Source of the DNA: an archaeon
Lineage (GTDB): Archaea > Iainarchaeota > Iainarchaeia > Iainarchaeales > CSSED10-239
NCBI GenBank assembly: GCA_035387745.1
Contig: DAOOON010000006.1
Coordinates: forward strand, 17,828 to 36,745
Reading direction: 5' to 3'
DNA: 18,918 nucleotides
In this document: in pieces, positions 1-6,056 of the stretch
Layout of the letters: each line of letters begins with the position of its first letter
Position numbering within the stretch: the stretch's first letter is position 1
Made by a program: the position numbers and the translations under genes
Notes under the pieces: generated by a model
What the model was told of the DNA's origin: nothing
The model's database searches: none
The model's input: only the letters and a program-made list of their open reading frames with translations

Positions 1-1374
1 GACATTTCTTTTATTTTCATTGTTATTCATTTCCCCTTTTTTTATTATCCAATATCCACCATTATCAGGGCCAACTCTTTCAATAATTGCTTTTGATTTT
101 AGTTTTTTAATGTTGTTTCTAATGTTTTTTTCCGTAATATTTATAATTTCAGATAATTCTTTTTGAGTAATATTTTTATTTTTTTGTATTTCAATAATTA
201 TTTGTTTTTGATTATTATTTAGCTCTAGGTCTTTATCTAGGTCTTTATCTAGGTCTTTATTTAGAATTAGACTTATTGGTTTATGTAATATAATTGTAAA
301 CCAATTTTCAGAAATATCAAATTCACATTTTAAATTATATTCTTTCATTGCCTTTTTTATTCTTTCAATTCCAGTTCCTGCCATTTCTCCTAGCATGATC
401 TTTGCCATTAATCCAAATAATAAAGGATTTCTAGGAACGCTTTTTTTCCCAAATTCTTTTTTTGTAATTCCAGAGATCAGGCCCCCTGGATTTGCTATTT
501 CTATTCTATTCAAATAAATATCAACTTGAATGTGCCCATTAGAAAAATAATCTCGATGAGCGATTGCATTAATTAAACTTTCAGCAATTGCTCTTTCCGG
601 TATTTCTAGTTTTTCTTCTCTCTCTCTGCCGGTAAGTATATAATTAGTATTTAGTTTTGAACAAATGTAAGTAAAGGCGTTATGATAATTAGAATATAAG
701 TCTTCTTCAAATTCTTTTTTGTCTAGTATCTCTATTTTATTGTTTCCTTTATATAATACACAAGTTATTTTTGCAGACACAAAAAAGTTAGTTGTTGTTT
801 TACAAAAAAATAAAACCCCTGCATTTTTTAGATGTTTTCCATCAAAAATAGACAAATTTTGTAGTATTTGTTTAATTGGCAATATGTTACTTATTTTTGC
901 TTTTTGAAGAAATTGAATTAAAACAATCTGATTTAAATCCTCAGATAATTTAAAACTGCTATTGATTTTTTCATCAAATCTTATAAGCCCTTCATTTTGA
1001 AAGAATTTTCTTAATTCTTCTCTTCTCATCTTTTGAGAGTTTGCACCGATTCGTAAATAATATTGACCACAATTAGAATAGGGTTTTTCTTTTCCTTCAG
1101 GTACTTCTATGATTGTAATTTTTGATTCTTCATTTACTTTCAATTGAATTGTAGGGTCAATATTTCTTCCTATATCTATTATTTGAGATTTAAGTTTATT
1201 TGTTAATCTAAATCCAATAACCTGTCCATTATCTTTAACACCAAGAATTATTCGCCCACCCGCGCCATTAGCAAACGCACAGATAGTCTTACCAATATTA
1301 TCTGAAAAAGCTTCTTTAAATTCAACAGTGTAGCCTTCTCCAGTTGCAATTATTGTTTTAATTTTCAATTTCAC
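1..1374 (-). CDS. AlbA_2 (Schlafen-like 'divergent AAA') + HATPase_c_4 + C-terminal winged-helix putative regulator (the class often auto-annotated as RecG-like helicase/transcriptional regulator). The 3' end runs off the window.
   Basis: The ORF track omits it because there is no in-window stop. Manual reverse-complement translation from GTG at 1374-1372 gives 458 uninterrupted codons ending exactly at position 1. The N-terminus is VKLKIKTIIATGEGYTVEFKEAFSDNIGKTICAFANGAGGRIILGVKDNGQVIG (AlbA_2-like). The middle is AIAHRDYFSNGHIQVDIYLNRIEIANPGGL...EMAGTGIERIKKAMKEY (HATPase_c_4-like). The C-terminus is NITQKELSEIINITEKNIRNNIKKLKSKAIIERVG (wHTH). The GTG overlaps the TGA stop of the upstream gene (GTGA). 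Confidence 0.8.
   Translation of the reverse strand, partial: MKLKIKTIIATGEGYTVEFKEAFSDNIGKTICAFANGAGGRIILGVKDNGQVIGFRLTNKLKSQIIDIGRNIDPTIQLKVNEESKITIIEVPEGKEKPYSNCGQYYLRIGANSQKMRREELRKFFQNEGLIRFDEKINSSFKLSEDLNQIVLIQFLQKAKISNILPIKQILQNLSIFDGKHLKNAGVLFFCKTTTNFFVSAKITCVLYKGNNKIEILDKKEFEEDLYSNYHNAFTYICSKLNTNYILTGREREEKLEIPERAIAESLINAIAHRDYFSNGHIQVDIYLNRIEIANPGGLISGITKKEFGKKSVPRNPLLFGLMAKIMLGEMAGTGIERIKKAMKEYNLKCEFDISENWFTIILHKPISLILNKDLDKDLDKDLELNNNQKQIIIEIQKNKNITQKELSEIINITEKNIRNNIKKLKSKAIIERVGPDNGGYWIIKKGEMNNNENKRNV
225..260. repeat. Perfect 12-bp tandem repeat x3 (ctaggtctttat), in frame within the AlbA_2-family CDS
   Basis: Read directly: three identical units at 225-236, 237-248 and 249-260. 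On the minus strand they encode KDLDKDLDKDLE in the linker before the C-terminal wHTH. Confidence 0.9.
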
Positions 1375-2186
1375 AATAGTTTCCTCGGATTATTTGTTTT
1401 AGTTAATATTGTCATTTGTTCAATTGCAATATTGTTTAATTTTTCCAGTCTTTCTAATTTATTTAATCCTTCTTTAATAAAAACAGCATTAAGATTTTCA
1501 AGATTAGATAAACAAACCAGTTGAGACACATCTGCATAGTCTCTAATGTTTCCTTTCTCTTTTGGATTTTTTTCTTTCCAGTCTTTAGCAGTCATTCCAA
1601 AAAGAGCCAGATTAAGAATATCTGCTTCTGTTGCATAAATGATGTTTTCTTTAGTTTTTGAGATCTTTGATGGAATCAGATTATTTTTTATTGCATCAGT
1701 ATGTATATGATAATTAATCTTTGCTAAGTTCCTTTTAATATCCCAGTCAAGTTTAAGTCTTTGACTTTCATCTATTTTTAATCTTTGAAATTCTTTAATT
1801 AGATATAATCTAAATTCTGCGAAAATCCAAGATGCAAATTCAAAAGCAATATCTTTATGAGCAAATGTTCCCCCATTGTGTCCAGATTTTGAAATAATCC
1901 CAATAGCCCCTGTTTTTTCTATCCATTTTTGTGGAGGCAATACAAATGCATTTAATCCAGCCATTTTAAGAAACTGGTCGAATTCGACCAGTTTGAAATC
2001 TGGGTTATTTATTCTTTCCCAAAGTCCTAGAAATACAATATTTTCTTTTGATCTCATCCAATTTTTAACTACGTCTGCAGGATGTTCTGGATTTTTATAT
2101 TTTGCAATGTCTGTAAGGGATATATAATCTCCTTCGTTTTTTGAATAATAAGATACTCTTTTGTTTAAAACAGTTATTTCATTCAT
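1371..2186 (-). CDS. KilA-N domain DNA-binding protein
   Basis: 271-aa ORF. The N-terminus is SKNEGDYISLTDIAKY...NWMRSKENIVFL, and GGTFAHKDIAFEFASWIFAEFRLYLIKEF matches the KilA-N core pattern (G-T-[WF]-x-H-x-x-[IL]-A-x-x-F-A-x-W). A GGTGA Shine-Dalgarno-like sequence lies 5 nt upstream of the ATG. Confidence 0.8.
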   Translation of the reverse strand: MNEITVLNKRVSYYSKNEGDYISLTDIAKYKNPEHPADVVKNWMRSKENIVFLGLWERINNPDFKLVEFDQFLKMAGLNAFVLPPQKWIEKTGAIGIISKSGHNGGTFAHKDIAFEFASWIFAEFRLYLIKEFQRLKIDESQRLKLDWDIKRNLAKINYHIHTDAIKNNLIPSKISKTKENIIYATEADILNLALFGMTAKDWKEKNPKEKGNIRDYADVSQLVCLSNLENLNAVFIKEGLNKLERLEKLNNIAIEQMTILTKTNNPRKLL

Positions 2187-2226
2187 TTAAGTCACCAAAA
2201 ATATATGTGCGTTCTAAAGGGGGGTA

Positions 2227-2247
2227 TTTTTGGAGGGGTAGCTGTCC
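2227..2247. promoter_or_regulatory. Left copy of a GC-rich motif (ttttggaggggtagctgtcc), inverted relative to 3539-3556
   Basis: The reverse complement reads GGACAGCTACCCCTCCAAAA. It lies upstream of the KilA-N gene and directly abuts an A/T-rich TATA-like stretch. It matches GGACAGCCACCCCCAAAA, which sits upstream of the nuclease gene. Confidence 0.45.
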
Positions 2248-2320
2248 GACCCTAAGCTGATTTATTTAATTAGTGTCTGGGAAATATCAATTAATCTACA
2301 TCTTCAGGAAGTCATTTGTA

Positions 2321-2353
2321 AATTTGAAATGCCAGTGCGAGAAATTTCAAATT
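2321..2353. promoter_or_regulatory. 10-bp perfect inverted repeat (aatttgaaat / atttcaaatt) with a 13-nt GC-rich spacer, upstream of the pilin-like gene
   Basis: Read directly: arms at 2321-2330 and 2344-2353, spacer gccagtgcgagaa. The function is unknown. AT-rich arms lower the significance. Confidence 0.3.
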
Positions 2354-2394
2354 CACAAAAATTCGTTTTTTTAAACAGTTTAGTAATCTTTATA

Positions 2395-2424
2395 TATTAT
2401 TATTATTATTATTATTATTATTAT
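2395..2424. repeat. (TAT)10 trinucleotide microsatellite abutting and overlapping the ATG of the pilin-like gene
   Basis: Read directly: ten uninterrupted TAT units from 2395 to 2424. The last unit supplies the AT of the ATG at 2423-2425. A TATA-like tttatata sits at 2389-2396. Confidence 0.95.
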
Positions 2425-3367
2425 GATAACAAACAAAAAAGCAATCACTCCAATTGTTGCAAGCATTTTATTAATTGTAGTTGCGGTGATTTTAGTTACT
2501 ATAGTTTTAAACTGGGGCAGAAGTTTTAGCAATTCTTCTTTAGCAACTGCAGACACAGAAAAGCTATCAAAATCAGATGCTTCAGAGTTTGTTTACACCA
2601 AGGCCTTTTCAGATGGTGTTATTCAATTCAACTATGCTCCGCCAGATAGCCTTACAAGTCAAAACATAATAATAACAGGTTATAAAATATTCTCAGACAA
2701 TAACGAAACTGCAGAAATTGTTCTAGATTCCAATCACACACTTAGGCAAGGCCTAAATGTTATTCCTTTAACAGATTTCTCAGATCAAAACATAACTTCA
2801 AGAAAGATGAATATACAACTACATACTTCAGATGGCAAATATATAACTTTGAATAACGTTACTAATAATAATCCTTATGTTATTCTTGAACTCCCATATA
2901 TTATGAACGGAGAAACCAAACTATATATTCATCCAACAGATAATTCAACAGGTAATATTACATGGGGTTGTTCTGGTACATTAATAGGTGCCGGGGCCCA
3001 ATCAGCAACAGATGGTGCAACAAATACTGCAGCAATTATAGCGGGTTGTGCAACAAGTCCAATAGCTGCAAGCGTGTGCGAAAACCTAGAAGCTTATGGC
3101 TATGATAACTGGTATCTTCCTGCAAAAGATCAACTAGCTGCAATTTGGAATGCCTGTACTGAAGTCACTAAATCAAATGCTTGTATGAATGCTGCAATAA
3201 ATAAAGGGGATTATACAGAAGAATGGAGTAATATTGTGAACGATTTATATTGGTCAAGTACGGAGACGTGGGCGGGCGGCGCTTACGGTATCGATATGGA
3301 TGGCGGGCACTTCGGCAGCCCCAATAAGACCGATACCAGCTACGTGCGTTGTGTTCGTGACCAATAA
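2423..3367 (+). CDS. Archaeal type IV pilin-like (class III signal peptide) protein with a C-terminal DUF1566 / Lcl-C-terminal-like domain
   Basis: The N-terminus MITNKKAITPIVASILLIVVAVILVTIVLNWG is the archaeal pilin/flagellin-type N-terminal domain. The C-terminus NWYLPAKDQLAAIW...LYWSSTE...SYVRCVRDQ matches the DUF1566 signature (W-x-LP-x-x-x-[EQ]L, YWSST, VRCVR). Confidence 0.8.
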   Translation: MITNKKAITPIVASILLIVVAVILVTIVLNWGRSFSNSSLATADTEKLSKSDASEFVYTKAFSDGVIQFNYAPPDSLTSQNIIITGYKIFSDNNETAEIVLDSNHTLRQGLNVIPLTDFSDQNITSRKMNIQLHTSDGKYITLNNVTNNNPYVILELPYIMNGETKLYIHPTDNSTGNITWGCSGTLIGAGAQSATDGATNTAAIIAGCATSPIAASVCENLEAYGYDNWYLPAKDQLAAIWNACTEVTKSNACMNAAINKGDYTEEWSNIVNDLYWSSTETWAGGAYGIDMDGGHFGSPNKTDTSYVRCVRDQ

Positions 3368-3375
3368 CCATAGTT

Positions 3376-3399
3376 TTTGACATGCTCTAGCATGTCAAA
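3376..3399 (+). terminator. Near-palindromic hairpin (tttgacatgct ct agcatgtcaaa) 9 nt after the stop codon
   Basis: Read directly: 11-nt arms at 3376-3386 and 3389-3399, preceded by a T5 run at 3374-3378. Either the hairpin or the T-tract could act in termination. Confidence 0.35.
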
Positions 3400-3409
3400 G
3401 ACAACAAGA

Positions 3410-3439
3410 CATCCAGCGGATGGCTTGCTTTGTGGTTTT
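3410..3439 (+). terminator. Small GC hairpin (catcc-agc-ggatg) with a T-rich tail; paralogue of the 3449-3478 element
   Basis: Stem 3410-3414 / 3418-3422, loop AGC, tail gcttgctttgtggtttt. Confidence 0.3.
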
Positions 3440-3448
3440 AGTGAAAGA

Positions 3449-3478
3449 CACAACCCAGCGGGTTGTGGCTTTCTGTTT
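3449..3478 (+). terminator. Intrinsic-terminator-like hairpin (cacaaccc-agc-gggttgtg) followed by gctttctgttt
   Basis: Perfect 8-bp GC-rich stem at 3449-3456 / 3460-3467, loop AGC, T-rich tail. This is a bacterial rho-independent-like architecture. Confidence 0.45.
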
Positions 3479-3538
3479 GAAAATTTTTAAGTTCTTTTTC
3501 TTTGGCTGCGAAATCACTTTTATAAAAGGAGTGTCACT

Positions 3539-3556
3539 GGACAGCCACCCCCAAAA
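3539..3556. promoter_or_regulatory. Right copy of the GC-rich motif (GGACAGCCACCCCCAAAA), immediately upstream of a TATA-like catatatatag (3557-3567)
   Basis: It matches the reverse complement of 2227-2247: 11/12 in the core gggt[a/g]gctgtcc, plus a shared ttttgg separated by a 2-nt indel. The TATA-like box lies about 25-30 nt upstream of the ATG at 3589 and there is no SD. Confidence 0.45.
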
Positions 3557-3588
3557 CATATATATAGTGTTTTGAACTTAATTTTATT

Positions 3589-4803
3589 ATGAGATACTCA
3601 CATTCAAGAATAGAGACTTACAAAAGCTGCCCAAAGAAATTCTATTTCCAATATATAGAGAAACCAGATATTGAGGAAAAGAAAGGAATTGAGGCTTTCT
3701 TAGGTTCTATGGTTCACTTAGCTTTAGAGAAACTCTATAAGGATCTAAAGTTTACAAAGCTTAATTCTCTTGAAGAGATACTAGAATACTATTCAGAAGA
3801 ATGGGAAAAGAACTTTGATCTAACAATAGAAATTGTAAGACTTGATTACACTGCAGAGCACTACAAAGAGATGGGCAAAAGGTTTCTAACAGATTATTAT
3901 GAGAAATATCATCCGTTTGATTCAGGAAAGACTTTGGGCCTAGAAATGGAAATAACTTTAAGGTTTATTGATGATTATGGTACGCCTTTTGATTTGATTG
4001 GTTATATCGATAGGCTAACAATGATTAATGAAGAACATTTTGAAATACATGATTATAAAACCAACAATAGTCTTAAGACTCAAGAAGAAGTAGATAAAGA
4101 CAAACAGCTTGCTCTTTACACCATAGCAATAAAGAAAATGTACCCAACAGTCAAGAGAGTAGACCTAGTCTGGCATTTTCTAGCATTTAATATTGAACTG
4201 CGCTCTTCAAGAAGCGATAAAGATCTAGAAGAACTAGAAAAAGAAGTTGTTAAAGCTATTCAAGAGATTGAAAGAAAACAAATAACTAATGACTTTCCAA
4301 CAAAAGAATCTGCTCTTTGTGATTGGTGTGCTTTTAAGGAGATTTGTCCAGTTAAGTCTCATTCTTTTAAGTTAAGCAAGCTTCCAGTCAACGAATACCT
4401 AAACGACGATGGCGTAAAGCTAGTAGAGGAATACCTAAAACTAACAAAGGAAAAGAAAGAAGTGCTGGATAAGCTCGACCCAGAACTAGAAAAACTAAAA
4501 GAAGCATTAGTTGCTTACTCCAAAACAAACAATTCTGAAAGAGTGTATGGCCCTGAAGGCAATTCAATTCTTGTAAAGGAATATGAAAACTATTCTCTTC
4601 CTGAGAAAGATTCAAGGCAAAGACAAGATTTCGAAAAATTACTAAAGGAAAGCGGTACTTGGGAAATGATAGCAGAAGTTAATTCCTTTAATTTCTCAAA
4701 AGCAGTAACTAGTGGGCTTTTCTCTAAAGATTTCCTAAAAAGACTAGAACCTCTGATTTCCAAAGGCAAAACAACAAGACTTTACCCAAGTTCTAAAAAG
4801 TAA
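3589..4803 (+). CDS. PD-(D/E)XK nuclease, Cas4/RecB(AddB)-like, with a 4-Cys (Fe-S type) cluster and an uncharacterised C-terminal extension of about 140 aa
   Basis: Motifs in order are C14 (YKSCPKKF), GYIDRL (motif II Asp), EIHDYKT (D-x-K), QLALYT (QhxxY) and CDWCAFKEIC (C-x2-C-x5-C). This is the Cas4/AddB 'C...CxxCx5C' arrangement. Residues from about 265 to 404 matched no family I could recognise. Confidence 0.8.
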   Translation: MRYSHSRIETYKSCPKKFYFQYIEKPDIEEKKGIEAFLGSMVHLALEKLYKDLKFTKLNSLEEILEYYSEEWEKNFDLTIEIVRLDYTAEHYKEMGKRFLTDYYEKYHPFDSGKTLGLEMEITLRFIDDYGTPFDLIGYIDRLTMINEEHFEIHDYKTNNSLKTQEEVDKDKQLALYTIAIKKMYPTVKRVDLVWHFLAFNIELRSSRSDKDLEELEKEVVKAIQEIERKQITNDFPTKESALCDWCAFKEICPVKSHSFKLSKLPVNEYLNDDGVKLVEEYLKLTKEKKEVLDKLDPELEKLKEALVAYSKTNNSERVYGPEGNSILVKEYENYSLPEKDSRQRQDFEKLLKESGTWEMIAEVNSFNFSKAVTSGLFSKDFLKRLEPLISKGKTTRLYPSSKK

Positions 4804-4863
4804 TATTTATAAACTATTTTCTCTTTATCTTTAGTAATAATTATAAGTTTATAAGGAAACAAA

Positions 4864-5973
4864 ATGTCAGAAAAAGACCAAATCAAGATTCATTCTATAA
4901 AAGTTGATTCTTCAGAAAATAAAAACATAAAAGAAGCACCAAAAAAAACAAAACTTATACATTTATCGGTCTCTGGAAAAAGTGAGAAGGATATAACACA
5001 GGTAAAAAAAGAAGTTAAAAAGAAATTAACATTTAAGGATTTTGTTTTTAACCTTTCTAAATTAATCAATAGTATTCCTAATTTTTTTGCAAATTTTTTT
5101 GATACTTCTTTTAGAACAATCGCATATACAATAGTAGGAACAATGCTAAGTTTTGGAGCAGCACTTGTTTTATTCCACGAGAATGCGGGTTTATTTTCTG
5201 TATTTTTCTTAACTATTTTTCTTGCGCCAATAGCAATAAAAGAAACAAATCAAAATGTTTTATTGGCAGGAAGAACTCAAAAAGTTGAAGAAAAAGGAGT
5301 TTCTCTTACAAAACTAAAAGTAAAAGAATCTAAGAAATTTTATTTAAAGGATTTATTTGAAGAAAATAAAAAAACTCTTTATATTTATTTATTTTTTTTC
5401 TTAGGAATAATGCTTGTAGTTATTTCTTTAATTGCAATTATGCCTGTTGATTTCTCTGCACAATTGTTTAGTGAGCAAGGCTGGAATACAGCACTTATGC
5501 CAACTAGAAGCATTGGTTTTGCAGGTTTAGAAAAAACAAGTATATTCTTTGATATTTTAAAGAATAATTTCTCAGTTATGCTTGTTTGTTTTATTATTGC
5601 GTTAATCTTTCCATTAGGCGCATTACTTATGATAGTTTGGAATGCTATGTACTGGGCGGTTTCTTTTAGTCAGTATGCTTTATTCTATAGTAAAGTATAT
5701 AGTGTGAAATTACTCTCTATTCTCTTTCCATTATTGCTTAGTGTTTCTTTACACACAATTATAGAAGCAATATGTTATTTTTTTGCAGTAATTTCTGGAA
5801 CAATGCTTTCCATGAGTATTAAATCTGAGAAGCTAGAATCTGATAGATTTTTCTATCTTTTTAAATATTGTATAATATTATTAGCATTTTCTGTATTTTT
5901 CTTAATTTTAGGTTCTTTTGTTGAAGTTTTCTTATTCGACGGTATTAAAAACTTCTTTTTTAGTTTATTCTAA
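4864..5973 (+). CDS. Multi-pass integral membrane protein with a Lys-rich cytoplasmic N-terminus; possibly SpoIIM/DUF95-like
   Basis: The 369-aa ORF has at least 6 long hydrophobic segments. The segment ILKNNFSVMLVCFIIALIFPLGALLMIVWNAMYWAV resembles the NN...G...N(G/A) core of the SpoIIM/DUF95 family. The family call is tentative. Confidence 0.5.
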   Translation: MSEKDQIKIHSIKVDSSENKNIKEAPKKTKLIHLSVSGKSEKDITQVKKEVKKKLTFKDFVFNLSKLINSIPNFFANFFDTSFRTIAYTIVGTMLSFGAALVLFHENAGLFSVFFLTIFLAPIAIKETNQNVLLAGRTQKVEEKGVSLTKLKVKESKKFYLKDLFEENKKTLYIYLFFFLGIMLVVISLIAIMPVDFSAQLFSEQGWNTALMPTRSIGFAGLEKTSIFFDILKNNFSVMLVCFIIALIFPLGALLMIVWNAMYWAVSFSQYALFYSKVYSVKLLSILFPLLLSVSLHTIIEAICYFFAVISGTMLSMSIKSEKLESDRFFYLFKYCIILLAFSVFFLILGSFVEVFLFDGIKNFFFSLF

Positions 5974-6042
5974 GACCTTTCTAAAAAAATACCTTTATAT
6001 TTCTTTTTTTACCTAAATATATTAGTTATTCTATTTATATCT

Positions 6043-6048
6043 AGGAGG
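6043..6048 (+). promoter_or_regulatory. Shine-Dalgarno-like AGGAGG, 8 nt upstream of the ATG at 6057
   Basis: Read directly from ctaggaggaaaaaaacATG. Confidence 0.6.
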
Positions 6049-6056
6049 AAAAAAAC

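Noticed and set aside
719-907. 62-aa plus-strand ORF from the supplied track
   Set aside because: It lies entirely antisense to the well-supported 458-codon AlbA_2/HATPase_c_4 frame. It is low-complexity, has no recognisable motif and has no start context. It is a typical spurious ORF in AT-rich DNA.
1876-2127. 83-aa plus-strand ORF inside the KilA-N gene
   Set aside because: It is antisense to a CDS with a clear family signature, and its own sequence has no motif.
2329-2529. 66-aa ORF containing a run of ten tyrosines
   Set aside because: The poly-Y is simply the (TAT)10 microsatellite read in frame. The ORF overlaps the pilin-like gene out of frame and has no other features.
3168-3383. 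71-aa minus-strand ORF at the end of the DUF1566 gene
   Set aside because: It is open only because the local 60% G+C patch lacks AT-rich stop codons. It is antisense to a region with strong DUF1566 motifs.
4388-4615. 75-aa minus-strand ORF inside the nuclease gene. The same applies to the antisense ORFs at 7766-7987, 8360-8542, 9541-9816, 12839-13024, 15618-15818, 18223-18420 and 18401-18613.
   Set aside because: All are short and nested antisense within longer ORFs that carry recognisable domains. None has a motif or a plausible start context.
4804-4863. 9-bp inverted repeat (ttataaact / agtttataa) in the nuclease-to-membrane-protein spacer
   Set aside because: The arms are short and purely A/T-rich in a sequence of about 30% G+C, so it is well within chance expectation.
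4864-5973. A possible sporulation role suggested by the SpoIIM-like resemblance
   Set aside because: The family resemblance is weak and the organism appears archaeal. The DUF95/SpoIIM fold is widespread in non-sporulating organisms, so no sporulation function is inferred.
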